Assembly (NCBI GenBank): GCA_016182295.1
Contig: JACOXP010000007.1
Location: 11,457 to 75,456, forward strand
From: Candidatus Harrisonbacteria bacterium
GTDB lineage: Bacteria > Patescibacteriota > Minisyncoccia > UBA6257 > WO2-44-18
Direction: 5' to 3'
DNA: 64,000 nucleotides
The notes below the pieces were generated by a model. The model saw nothing but the letters and a program-made list of their open reading frames with translations. It was not told the DNA's origin and did no database searches. This document shows, piece after piece, positions 29,454 to 38,790 of this stretch (its first letter is position 1; each line of letters starts with the position of its first letter). Both the position numbers and the translations under genes were made by a program.

Positions 29454-29615
29454 CTAGCCAAGGATACGGAACATCTTGGTTCCGCATTTCTCGCAAGTGC
29501 CGGTCGCCGCTTTGCGGGTTTTGCCGCCTTTTCCCTTCATTTCCACTTCTTTGGCGTCAACCATCTTACGGTCTTTGGCTTTGCATTTAACGCAATAACC
29601 TGTGTATTCAGCCAT
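29454..29615 (-). CDS. Small zinc-ribbon protein (DUF5679-like)
   Basis: YCVKCKAK...GTCEKCGTKMFRILG. Confidence 0.85.
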   Translation of the reverse strand: MAEYTGYCVKCKAKDRKMVDAKEVEMKGKGGKTRKAATGTCEKCGTKMFRILG

Positions 29616-29709
29616 TTTTATGTATAAAATTTTATTTATCGACCTCAAATAACGCCGTATTTGATTATAGAGCTAGTATAGCATATTGTAAGAATAAATT
29701 AAAGAGAAA

Positions 29710-29781
29710 GCCCTCGTAGTTCAATGGATAGAACAACTCCGTCCTAAGGAGTGGATGACTGTTCGATTCAGTCCGAGGGCA
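29710..29781 (+). tRNA. tRNA-Arg(CCT)
   Basis: GCCCTCG/CGAGGGC acceptor, ACTCC-GTCCTAA-GGAGT, TTCGATTC. Confidence 0.92.
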
Positions 29782-29830
29782 CAAAATCCGGTTTACAGAC
29801 ACTAAAAACTGGCTTAAACTGCAAGCCTAA

Positions 29831-29901
29831 GGGCCTATAGTAAAGTGGCATTACGCCTCCATGGCATGGAGGAGGTCGGGGTTCGATTCCCCGTAGGTCC
29901 A
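29831..29901 (+). tRNA. tRNA-Ala(GGC)
   Basis: GGGCCTA/TAGGTCC with G3:U70, CCTCC-ATGGCAT-GGAGG. Confidence 0.95.
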
Positions 29902-29959
29902 CCGATTTGGGAGAACTCCCACATTATCCAGTCTTGTTGACCTAGAATTCGGCTTGTTA

Positions 29960-30105
29960 TTTGTTTTTAAACCCCAACAACTGGCGATAATCACGAATCG
30001 TTGCTTCATTTCGTACTGAAGTTCGTCAAACTTTTTATCAACATCACCAAAACCTCGCTGAACCATACCAGCCAATCCTTCTAAAGTCATTTCCCCTTTT
30101 GCCAT
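29960..30105 (-). pseudogene. Probable truncated small coiled-coil protein
   Basis: MAKGEMTLEGLAGMVQRGFGDVDKKFDEL looks protein-like, then degrades and reads antisense into tRNA-Ala; 3' boundary approximate. Confidence 0.35.
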
Positions 30106-30190
30106 GTTTGCATTATATCACAACTAGTAGAATGTGATATTAAAAGCCCCCGCTGAATAAGGTTTGCGGGGACTGCTGAGTTAAAACAAC

Positions 30191-30658
30191 TTAGATTTCC
30201 TTCTTTGATTTTTCGAAGAGCGGAGGAAAATGGAACGTTTCTTTTTCCGAGAGTACTCGCACAGTTTCTGCTTCGCTGCATATTAATGGTTTCAAATAAA
30301 CAGAGGATCCAACCTTCCCATTGACAGCTTCCCACGCTATTAAAGTCCCATCGTAAAACGTTTTGACTTTTTTTAAAAAGTCATTGAGTATTTCTTGAAA
30401 AGAACTATCACGTATCGACCCGCACAATGGGATACTAATTGGATATTTGCTGCAATAAGCGTAGAGCGACTCTTCTGACCGTCCATCATAGCCGTCCCGG
30501 TATCGTACGCGAAGATACCAGTAGTCCCTGCCATCGTCAAGACGAATACGCATAGGACACCTCCTTAAAATGTGCAAAAGTGCTTTCCGGGGCATTATAA
30601 TACCTAGGTTATGATATGTAAAGCGTGACACCTCCGTCATACTTGAGATGAGGACCAC
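30191..30658 (-). CDS. Hypothetical protein
   Basis: 155-aa ORF, no recognised motif. Confidence 0.5.
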   Translation of the reverse strand: MVLISSMTEVSRFTYHNLGIIMPRKALLHILRRCPMRIRLDDGRDYWYLRVRYRDGYDGRSEESLYAYCSKYPISIPLCGSIRDSSFQEILNDFLKKVKTFYDGTLIAWEAVNGKVGSSVYLKPLICSEAETVRVLSEKETFHFPPLFEKSKKEI

Positions 30659-30786
30659 ACCTTAAATTATCTTTTATTTCAACGACTAAAATTCGTCCTA
30701 CCGTAAGAGATTTAGAACTTTTTGAAACCGTTTGATTTCGGCGGTGTTTTGATGTATCATTGTGAAAACTAAAAGAATAAGAAGGG

Positions 30787-31794
30787 GTGAATGTCATGCA
30801 AAAAATAGTTAGGCTAGGCTTTGTCGGATGTGGAAAGCATGCAACACGGGGGCACGCGTATAACGCGCTTGCGCTTCCGGATATTTTTTCCATCACCGCT
30901 GCTTACGATACGAATCGCGAAGCACTTTCAAAATTTTGTAGTATTTCTTCCACTATAAGAGCAATGGGATCCGCGGATGAAGTCATTAAAAGTTTTGATG
31001 TAGATGCCGTTGTCATAGCAACGCCGCACGAGTTTCATCTCGACTTAATGCACAAGGCGGTAAAGGCAAAAAAACATACACTCTGCGAAAAACCGCTTTG
31101 GGTTGGAGACCACACCAAAGAAGTGAGCGGTATTCTGGATTCTGCGCAACAAAAAGGCCTTGTTTTTACAAGTTGTCACCTGCGACGATTTGCGGCAGAG
31201 TTTATGCGTCTCCACGACCTTATTCCGGAACTTAAATTTCTTGACGCTCTCCTCGAATTTAATTTCCGTTTCTTCTATCACGAACCGTCTACAGTGTGGA
31301 AAAAGGCAGAAGCTGAAAGCCTGCTATTAGACCACCTGAACCACGAAGTTGACATTTTGCATTACCTTCTCGGTTATGCGCCTCTCAAACTTGAAAAGCG
31401 CGCGGACTCTTTCGATCACTACGAGGTTGTTGGAGAAAGAGCGGATGGAATTCATATATTTTTCCTTGGAACACGAAGGTTGAAGAGTCGGATATTCAGA
31501 AACGAGCTCGAACTTGTTTTTGAAAAGGGACGCGTTGTAACACTCGCAACCCTGGAAAATGGTATCGTACATTCCACAATTATCACGACGAATTTTGACC
31601 AGCGAGAAGAATCGGTTATTCAACTTCCACATTATAGCTACGAGGATGTACTTGTGGAAGTCATGCGAAACTTTGGAGAAACGATTCTGGGGCGTGCCAC
31701 TAATTATCTCGGCACCGAAGACCTGATTACAAATAACGAATCGTGCAACGAATTGCTGTCGAGGGGTGTTTACAGCTACACTCCTACCAGATAG
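30787..31794 (+). CDS. Gfo/Idh/MocA family oxidoreductase
   Basis: GFVGCG Rossmann motif, DAVVIATP..FH, LCEKP, H.RRF, DHLNH.VD. Confidence 0.92.
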   Translation: MNVMQKIVRLGFVGCGKHATRGHAYNALALPDIFSITAAYDTNREALSKFCSISSTIRAMGSADEVIKSFDVDAVVIATPHEFHLDLMHKAVKAKKHTLCEKPLWVGDHTKEVSGILDSAQQKGLVFTSCHLRRFAAEFMRLHDLIPELKFLDALLEFNFRFFYHEPSTVWKKAEAESLLLDHLNHEVDILHYLLGYAPLKLEKRADSFDHYEVVGERADGIHIFFLGTRRLKSRIFRNELELVFEKGRVVTLATLENGIVHSTIITTNFDQREESVIQLPHYSYEDVLVEVMRNFGETILGRATNYLGTEDLITNNESCNELLSRGVYSYTPTR

Positions 31795-31936
31795 CTTTCG
31801 TTCGTATGTCAAAACTGGCTTTTTGTTTGAAGTGTGTTAGTTTACCAAAAATTTTAGATGTTGCTGATCAAAGCTGCGAATGACTTAACATTCGGCAGAA
31901 ATTCGGCTATGCTGGTTGATATAGGAGGAGATTGAA

Positions 31937-32086
31937 ATGAATAAATTGGTAGTAAAAAGAAAAGATTTGGTTTTAGTTGGAGCTGTGCTCCTACCGATGA
32001 TAGTAGCAACGATTATGTATATGCTGTTACCGGGGGAAGAAGCAAAGGAGTTCCTGAAGTTCATTACCATTCCATTCGGAAAGTAA
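31937..32086 (+). CDS. 49-aa single-TM small protein (below ORF-track cutoff)
   Basis: AGGAGGAG RBS, MNKLVVKRKDLVLVGAVLLPMIVATIMYMLLPGEEAKEFLKFITIPFGK, hairpin terminator at about 32133-32160. Confidence 0.6.
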   Translation: MNKLVVKRKDLVLVGAVLLPMIVATIMYMLLPGEEAKEFLKFITIPFGK

Positions 32087-32284
32087 TAGATGTCGAAAAT
32101 CGACAGGACGAGATTTTTTTGAGCTTGAGTCAAACCCCGATCAATTGATCGGGGTTTTTATTTTTGAGATCAGGGCAACAGCACATGACAACCTCGAATT
32201 ACGAATAAATAAATGTAAAAAAAACTGGCCACGCGGTTGGCCAGGTTTCCAGAAATTAAAATGGTGTTATAAAATCACGTAGGT

Positions 32285-32500
32285 TCAAGCTGGTTTTTCC
32301 GAATCATCAGGCAATTCAAGATCTATTTGATTCAATAGGGCGTTGATCTCGACTATCCTATTGTGTCTACGTTTCTTCTCTTCGCCTGAGTATTTCTCAA
32401 TATCAAGAGCGAGAAGCGCCATTTCTTCGGTCAATTTCGAGATGCGGTCTAGCACCGCCGCTTCCCTGATAAGTTCCAAGCGTTCCTCGTTGGTCAGCAT
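32285..32500 (-). CDS. Small helical hypothetical protein
   Basis: 71-aa charged ORF with downstream hairpin at about 32222-32250. Confidence 0.6.
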   Translation of the reverse strand: MLTNEERLELIREAAVLDRISKLTEEMALLALDIEKYSGEEKKRRHNRIVEINALLNQIDLELPDDSEKPA

Positions 32501-32829
32501 GATTCTTTCATTCCTCCACGTAATTACTATTAAAGAACATTGCCATTCTATAATTAGTAAACGCAGGCGTCAATTCTCGAAGTGACGACCTTTGGAAGTC
32601 CTCGTCTCTGGATTGACTCATTGACCCGTCCATAAAATTCCAGAGGCGAGAACTGGAAATTCTCGATCAAGGTGTACCAGTGGGAGAAAACGATGTTGGG
32701 TTGGGCCATGCGTTAGTTCCCCATCATTTTTGCCACCCACCAGATGGTGTGGGATCCCAGAGACCGCTTAGAAACAAAAGCAATTAGGCCAGTGTTCTAT
32801 AAGATAGTGCATTTCAAGAAGGAGGTATT

Positions 32830-33024
32830 GTGATCGAATATTTGGGCTTACCATTAGAGATTGAGTACCTAGTACAGTTTGTGCTAATGTTTACGAGTTT
32901 CGGTTTCTTTCTTTTGTCTGTGTTCGTTTCTAATGAGCGCTTGAGGCTCCGATACGCCTTTACAACATTACTGTTGATAGTCATAACCGTCCTTCTCTTT
33001 GGCGCTCCGCCCTTCTTTAGCTAG
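32830..33024 (+). CDS. 64-aa 2-TM small protein
   Basis: AAGGAGG RBS; terminator CTCCGCCCT/AGGGCGGAG overlapping the stop. Confidence 0.65.
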   Translation: MIEYLGLPLEIEYLVQFVLMFTSFGFFLLSVFVSNERLRLRYAFTTLLLIVITVLLFGAPPFFS

Positions 33025-33254
33025 GGCGGAGTTTTTCTTTCTCTCCTTTTTTTAACGCAAGACTAATTTGAGATGAACTAGGGAAACGATTAAAACTAGA
33101 AATGTAAATAAAACGAGAAAGCATTTCATTAGACAATGATAGTGCCTTTCGTTAATAACTAAAACCGAGGGTTCATTTACCCTCGGTTAGGAAAGTCGCG
33201 TGGACAGCATCTGCCCACTTACAAGAATCTAACACAAGCGATTGGGCAAGTTAT

Positions 33255-33542
33255 TTGGGCTTAAGGAGTGGTGCATATGGATGTTGCCTTGGGGTATTGA
33301 GCGGTTTAGTATTACTTGTTATTCATTGGACTAGGAAATATGTCCCTAGCACAAGACCTGAACTTGGCAACAAGTATTTCAGCGTCGCGTACATCTATGT
33401 CGGTATTATGTTCTTACTGCTCGTAGGTTATTTCTTCCGCTGGGCATCCAATAGCACCTGGTACCGTATCGCTAAACGTGAGTGGGCTTATGCGTTGAGT
33501 AACGAACGTGGTGGCGAAGCCGAGAAGAAACCTAGGAAGTAA
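33255..33542 (+). CDS. Small 2-TM protein, possibly frameshifted near its start
   Basis: RBS-linked ATG at 33277 gives MDVALGY-stop, out of frame with the hydrophobic ORF across a G4 run. Confidence 0.45.
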   Translation: MGLRSGAYGCCLGVLSGLVLLVIHWTRKYVPSTRPELGNKYFSVAYIYVGIMFLLLVGYFFRWASNSTWYRIAKREWAYALSNERGGEAEKKPRK

Positions 33543-33612
33543 AAGACTTGCGTCACCGGTCATGGCACACATTATAAAAAAAGAGGCCTTAAGGCCTCTT
33601 CGTGTTGTATGA

Positions 33613-33900
33613 TTACCTAATTTCCAATACATAGAGCATCGAGAGTAGCGTGATAGATATTATCGTAAAACAGACGCCGTAAAATTCCCAAGCAGAGAGA
33701 TATCCATAGGAGGCGCTCTCTGGGTAATAGTTTGGAAAGGCGGGTAGAACCATTCCCGTGGCCATGCCCAGTAGTGCCTCCTGGGAGATAATAAATACTC
33801 CCACTGGTTGCAGATTAGGGAACTGTCGGGAGAAACCTCTGAAGACAAGATACGAAAGCACGAGAATCGAAGACGCAGTCAGGAACCACCATAATTCCAT
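33613..33900 (-). CDS. Small 3-TM membrane protein
   Basis: AAGGAGG RBS before ATG 33900; TTGACA...TATAAA promoter-like element at about 34074-34099 on the minus strand. Confidence 0.65.
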   Translation of the reverse strand: MELWWFLTASSILVLSYLVFRGFSRQFPNLQPVGVFIISQEALLGMATGMVLPAFPNYYPESASYGYLSAWEFYGVCFTIISITLLSMLYVLEIR

Positions 33901-34149
33901 ATTTCCTCCTTTCTTGAAAACGGTGGTCGGGCGGGAATGTAACAAACAATGATTATGAAATGCTCCCTCCGTGTTCTAGTTAAGTAACGACGTTCTCGGT
34001 GGCGGTACAGCTGTATCGCCAAATGGTGTGTTAAATCTGAGTCTCAAGCTCAGCGAAAGTGCTGATTCGTTTATACAACGAAGCCATGAAGTTTGTCAAG
34101 AGCCTGTCTGCTAGATTCAACTCTGAAGTGCAACACTCACTACTTCTAA

Positions 34150-34362
34150 CGGGGAGAGATTTCAGGGGTTCACCCGCCGCGGCGTGCGGCTAGCGAACCC
34201 GACTGCCATTCGGCAGCTTGCCGACACCCTCGCCTCGGTCTGCGAACTGATCGAGGGGCAGGCTGGGATCGAGTCGGCGTAAGACAAGTCACCCATCACT
34301 TCGGTATCTCACTTCACCCATGGGAGGGACACCCTGCCTGCCTGGAGAGTGTCCCTCTCCAC
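34150..34362. ncRNA. Candidate structured non-coding RNA or DNA element
   Basis: GC-rich intergenic block with nested stems: GGGTTC/GAACCC, GCCGC/GCGGC, CTGCC/GGCAG, GCCGAC/GTCGGC, CCTCGGTC/GATCGAGG, GAGGGACAC/GTGTCCCTC. Confidence 0.4.
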
Positions 34363-34423
34363 TTCCGTGGACGGACTAACCACAGATTTACGCTTTCCTT
34401 CTTCATGTGATACATTAATCACA

Positions 34424-34789
34424 ATGACTCGTAAGCCGTTGATAATATTTGGAATGATTCTTGTAATCCTTATTCTTATTGTAGTAGTACGTTTTTATAT
34501 TTATATTAACTCGCCCCTAACGACGATGACGGTAATGTTTAATCAAGATGTAAGTTATTTCCGTGCATGGACGGTAATACTCAGTCTGGGCCCAGCAATA
34601 AACCTTGCTAGCGTGATGTCGCCATTAGCTTCGTTCCCTCCATCGGGGGAGCACTTCGAAAAATACCGATATTTTATGCTTACTGTTCGGATCAAGGATG
34701 TCACAAACTTAGAAACGCAGTTGAGCAAGAATCCATTGGTGTCCAGCGTAAATACGTCACAGCTTCCTCTTTTACTACCAGTGTTCTAA
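34424..34789 (+). CDS. Hypothetical membrane-anchored protein
   Basis: MTRKPLIIFGMILVILILIVVV N-terminal anchor. Confidence 0.6.
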   Translation: MTRKPLIIFGMILVILILIVVVRFYIYINSPLTTMTVMFNQDVSYFRAWTVILSLGPAINLASVMSPLASFPPSGEHFEKYRYFMLTVRIKDVTNLETQLSKNPLVSSVNTSQLPLLLPVF

Positions 34790-34998
34790 TAATGCCTGAT
34801 GTTATGAACTGGACAGAACAGGACATTTAAAGATATGTCAATTAAGGCGGGCTTTTCTTTCTCTCCTTTTTTTAACGCAAGACTAATTTGAGATGAATTA
34901 TGATAAATGACCAAAAAAAAGGGCCGCGAGCTTTTCCCGTGTGCGTACACGGAGCTCGCGGGCCCTGTTGAGTGGTGGAAATCACCACGCTGAATTTA

Positions 34999-35217
34999 TC
35001 AAAGGGATCTGACTTGCTTCCTCCTGCGAAAGAGACGAACCACAAAGAAGATGAGAATCATGATGAAGTAAAAGGCAATCGTTAGATAGACCCCAGTTAA
35101 TCCAACTGTGAACCATGATATCAATATAAATGCGGAGCAAAGGATGCTAACTATACCCAAATAAGAAAAGAATGAGTGGCCCGGCCTTAGAGAAGATGCC
35201 TGCTCCTTTTTTATCAT
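34999..35217 (-). CDS. 72-aa 2-TM small protein
   Basis: Two TM helices, basic tail, start overlaps the upstream stop (ATGA). Confidence 0.6.
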   Translation of the reverse strand: MIKKEQASSLRPGHSFFSYLGIVSILCSAFILISWFTVGLTGVYLTIAFYFIMILIFFVVRLFRRRKQVRSL

Positions 35218-35555
35218 TTCTCGCTCCTGACCGTCAGCTCATTTCTCTGACGCATCTCCTCGTGACAGACAAGTAGTACTGCTAATGCCAGAAAAGCTAG
35301 CCAGATGGCCATTGAGAACGAAAACAGGCGTATTGAGCCGCTCTCAAAAAGGAGCAGTTCAAGTGTTTCCTTGGGACGGTCGATTGGCCAGAAGTAAGGT
35401 ATGCTGCTAAGGAAGACAAAGGTTCCAAGGAATGGAAGCAGAAGGGTGGCAGCTAGGGTTTCTGCGTCCGTGCGGCCGTTGCGCAGGTAAACGAACGCCA
35501 CGGTACAGGCGAATGTCAAGGTGGTCATGACAACCCCTAGATAGAACCAGAACAT
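35214..35555 (-). CDS. Small 3-TM membrane protein
   Basis: GGAGGG RBS before ATG 35555 (MFWFYLG...). Confidence 0.6.
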   Translation of the reverse strand: MFWFYLGVVMTTLTFACTVAFVYLRNGRTDAETLAATLLLPFLGTFVFLSSIPYFWPIDRPKETLELLLFESGSIRLFSFSMAIWLAFLALAVLLVCHEEMRQRNELTVRSEK

Positions 35556-35850
35556 GGTATGCCCTCCAAAGAATAGAATCCAACAAAAAAGCCATTCCCC
35601 AAGGCCCCGTCGGGCGGCGAAGAATGACTTGATAAAGTTGTAAAAGTTCAAAGCAATGGTAACATGTCTTGCTTTTTCCTGCTAGTGTCAGCCGCCTGCC
35701 GGAATTCTGCCCATGGTAATACAAAAGCTTAGAATTTATTTTTAATCCTGATAACTGGCGACTGTGGGTTTGATTGAATAAGTGCCTTGTGCTATCATTG
35801 CTTCGAATCGGGTTGGTAAGTTGATATGAAACGCTCTTTGAAAGGAATAA

Positions 35851-36360
35851 GTGATGAAAAAAACCGACTACCCCGTTCCGACGATTTTCAATGTCCGAGG
35901 AATCAGGGCTCGCGGCCCCTGGAAAACCAAGTCCAGCGGAAAGCTCAATGTGTTATTCGCAATGCCTCTGGCCGAAGTGCGAGACCGATTCTTGCACTAC
36001 CGAGATACCGAGATTTCCAAAATACCAAACGACATTTGCGGACTCCGGGCTTACACCGTTAACGATTTATCAAAGGGAAAAATTGGCGGCACCGAATGGC
36101 ATAGGATCCGCGAAGAAATAGTTTTTACCATTAATGGGTTGGTGCAATGGACTTGCGTGGATCTCTTTGGCGCTCGACGCGATTTTATTGTCAGTGTAGG
36201 CAATGGGATCTGGATACCGCCGTTTATTCTCCACACTTACGAAGTGTTGGAGAAAAATAGCAGGCTCCTGGTTATCGCGAACACCCTTTTTGATCCTGAT
36301 GATCACAGAACCCACGATACTTACTCACCAAAAAAGTTCCGTGAACTGATGGCGAAGTAA
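35851..36360 (+). CDS. Cupin protein, WxcM/FdtA sugar 3,4-ketoisomerase-like
   Basis: GGTEWHRIREE...GIWIPPFILHTY...LLVIANT.FD..D.Y. Confidence 0.75.
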   Translation: MMKKTDYPVPTIFNVRGIRARGPWKTKSSGKLNVLFAMPLAEVRDRFLHYRDTEISKIPNDICGLRAYTVNDLSKGKIGGTEWHRIREEIVFTINGLVQWTCVDLFGARRDFIVSVGNGIWIPPFILHTYEVLEKNSRLLVIANTLFDPDDHRTHDTYSPKKFRELMAK

Positions 36361-36446
36361 CGATAGCCGTCATCGCAAGATGACGGCTTTTTTTATAAAT
36401 CAAAAATCCCCGCCTCACAATCGGGGATTTTTGATTCAAGAGTATA

Positions 36447-36959
36447 TTACGTTTGCCTTGGTTCGGTTTCGTTTAAGATCGTGTCAGCCGCGACGTTGGG
36501 CTCGGCTTTCATCGCTCCTCGGAACAGCCAAATCATTCCGGCAACCACAGCCGCTGCTATCAACAATTGCGCTATCGGCAGTCGAACGGCGTTGCTTCCC
36601 CCCGTCGATTCCAAAAGATTTGCCGACTCCACTTCAAAATTCGGCGCGATTCCATCCGGATCCGCGACTACAAACTGGGGTTGCGTGGCTACTCCGTCCA
36701 ATTTCGCGAGTGTCAGATTAATCCCGGAAAGATTGGCGCTCATCGCCCCAAGAGCAGTGTTGACGGCTGTAGCCTGGGAAACGTCAAGGTTAGCAAGCGT
36801 TGTATCCAGTTGATTCAAAACCATCTGCAGCGCGTCCAAGGTCTGTTTCAAAATCACCAAGTTTTCGTCTAATTCCACGGCTTGCGCCGGTTTCGCTACC
36901 GCAAAAACAGCAAATCCCAAAAGAACACCAAACAAACAGGCAAAGATTTTTTTACCCAT
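36447..36959 (-). CDS. Hypothetical secreted protein with C-terminal TM
   Basis: Signal peptide ending AQA, helical region, C-terminal hydrophobic helix. Confidence 0.7.
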   Translation of the reverse strand: MGKKIFACLFGVLLGFAVFAVAKPAQAVELDENLVILKQTLDALQMVLNQLDTTLANLDVSQATAVNTALGAMSANLSGINLTLAKLDGVATQPQFVVADPDGIAPNFEVESANLLESTGGSNAVRLPIAQLLIAAAVVAGMIWLFRGAMKAEPNVAADTILNETEPRQT

Positions 36960-37065
36960 AATTTTAAATGATCGACTTTATAAGCATCTTATAACAATCG
37001 CTTTTCTTAAAGCAATACCTCGGTCTTGAGACAAACCCCTCGGCAATGATAGTATAACTATTATA

Positions 37066-37920
37066 ATGGAAGAAATTTTATTTACAGCTTTGTCGGTATT
37101 TGTGGAATGGGTCTCTGGTAGCGGCCTGCGGGTGCTGGTTATTGTGGTCGCGGCGCTGGTGGTTTTAAGATTTGGCCGTATATTGATTGAAAAACTGATT
37201 CGCAAAATCGTTGTCGCTGACAGTTTTCTCGACAAGACGGCGGAAAAAAAACGCGAAAACACTTTAATTAAAGCTTTCGGCGGCGCCTTGCGAATTGGCG
37301 TTTTGTTAATCGCGTTCTTGATGGCGCTGTCCGAACTGGGACTGAACGTCGGGCCGATCCTGGCCGCCGCCGGAGTTGCCGGTCTTGCTATCGGTTTTGG
37401 CGGTCAATATCTCATACGAGATTTGATTTCCGGCCTTTTTATATTGATGGAAAACCAGTTTCGAGTCGGTGACGTAGTCTGCGTCAATGGCACCTGCGGC
37501 TTGGTTGAGGATATTAATCTGCGGCGGGTAATAATGAGAGACCTTGACGGCACCGTCCATAATATTCCCAATGGAGAAATTAAAATCGCTTCCAATTTAT
37601 CCAAGGAATTCGCCCGCGTCAATTTGGACATAGGCGTAAGCTACGATTCCGATCTCGCCAAAGTAATGAAAGTCGTGAACAAAGTTGGGAGTGATTTGGC
37701 GAATGATCCTGACTGGAAAATTTTTATTATTAAAGCGCCTCAATTCTTAAGAGTGGATAATTTTGCCGATTCCGCGATTATTATCAAAATCCTCGGCGAA
37801 ACCGAGCCGCTCAAGCAATGGGATGTTACCGGCGAGCTTCGCAAACGTTTGAAAATCGCTTTCGACAAAGAGGGCATAGAAATCCCCTTCCCTCAGAGAG
37901 TTGTCCGTCAGGTAAAATAA
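37066..37920 (+). CDS. mscS: Small-conductance mechanosensitive channel family protein
   Basis: AGVAGLAIGFGGQ..I.D..SG..IL.E.QFRVGD, IPNG, GIEIPFPQR. Confidence 0.95.
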   Translation: MEEILFTALSVFVEWVSGSGLRVLVIVVAALVVLRFGRILIEKLIRKIVVADSFLDKTAEKKRENTLIKAFGGALRIGVLLIAFLMALSELGLNVGPILAAAGVAGLAIGFGGQYLIRDLISGLFILMENQFRVGDVVCVNGTCGLVEDINLRRVIMRDLDGTVHNIPNGEIKIASNLSKEFARVNLDIGVSYDSDLAKVMKVVNKVGSDLANDPDWKIFIIKAPQFLRVDNFADSAIIIKILGETEPLKQWDVTGELRKRLKIAFDKEGIEIPFPQRVVRQVK

Positions 37921-37931
37921 GGATATTTTTG

Positions 37932-38003
37932 TCCCCTCGGAGGGAATCGAACCCCCATCAAGACCTTAGAAGAGTCCTGCTTTATCCATTAAGCTACGAG
38001 GGG
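37932..38003 (-). tRNA. tRNA-Arg(TCT)
   Basis: CCCCTCG/CGAGGGG acceptor, loop CTTCTAA, GGTTCGATTCC. Confidence 0.94.
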
Positions 38004-38025
38004 CCACGCCTACAAGCAGGCAGGC

Positions 38026-38099
38026 TGGTCGGACTGCTGGGAGTTGAACCCAGGCCACGTGCTCCCAAAGCACGTATACTACCGTTATACTACAGTCCG
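38026..38099 (-). tRNA. tRNA-Pro(TGG)
   Basis: CGGACTG/CAGTCCG acceptor, CGTGC-TTTGGGA-GCACG, encoded CCA. Confidence 0.95.
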
Positions 38100-38705
38100 T
38101 TAGTTATTGAAGACGCGGTCGAACTCATCAAGGGCTCTTGTTGCCCGTTTATTGAGATCGTTGATAGCCTGCGCCTCATCATTAAGTTTATTAATTAAAT
38201 CATTAACTTGTCCATCCAAATAAGCTCTGCCAGGGTCATCAAACTTCGCCCGTAACGTCTCGAAAAGCCGGCTCATATAATCGCCGTAAAAAAGCAATCG
38301 GCTTACCAAAGCGACCTGGGCGGCCACCGCTTCGGTGGCAAATTCGCGGGCTCGCACCGGCCGGATTTGGCTAATATATTGAGCCATTTCCTCAAGTTGG
38401 GAAGAAAGGCGGATTGCTTCCACCTGGGTCTGGCGGTTTTCAATTACGGCGTTAGAGATGGAAATTAAAGCTTCGGAAACATTCCTTTGTCTGTCGAACC
38501 TGGAAACATCGCTCAATCGCGCCAAGTTATTGCGCGACAGCTCGACAATTTTTTCGGCAATAGCGGCGCCCTTGGCTCTTGCGGCGGAAAATTCCCACGG
38601 AATAAAATCCGGACGCAAAATTAAATAACGCGCTCCAAAGACAATAAGAGCGGCTATCACCGCCCCTAAAATATATTGCCATCTCACTATTTTATTAAGC
38701 TTCAT
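38100..38705 (-). CDS. Hypothetical membrane-anchored helical protein
   Basis: N-terminal TM then long amphipathic helices; stop abuts the tRNA-Pro 5' end. Confidence 0.75.
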   Translation of the reverse strand: MKLNKIVRWQYILGAVIAALIVFGARYLILRPDFIPWEFSAARAKGAAIAEKIVELSRNNLARLSDVSRFDRQRNVSEALISISNAVIENRQTQVEAIRLSSQLEEMAQYISQIRPVRAREFATEAVAAQVALVSRLLFYGDYMSRLFETLRAKFDDPGRAYLDGQVNDLINKLNDEAQAINDLNKRATRALDEFDRVFNN

Positions 38706-38790
38706 TTGGCTACTATTATCGTACTCATTTTTTTGATTTTTTCAAGTCCATTTTATTGAACCGGCTTTTATAGTATGGTATAATGGTGCT

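Larger units (their letters stand above)
33033..34897 (+). repeat. 45-bp direct repeat (33033-33077 and 34853-34897)
   Basis: TTTTCTTTCTCTCCTTTTTTTAACGCAAGACTAATTTGAGATGAA identical at both sites. Confidence 0.9.

Noticed and set aside
28986-29627. ORFs of 98-132 aa across the tRNA-Ala/Ser cluster
   Set aside because: They read through tRNA genes and the GC-rich insert; spurious.
29710-29901. Purines at anticodon-loop position 32 in tRNA-Arg(CCT) and tRNA-Ala(GGC)
   Set aside because: A32-U38 is the known norm for tRNA-Ala(GGC); a single G32 in tRNA-Arg is weak evidence of anything and does not suggest recoding.
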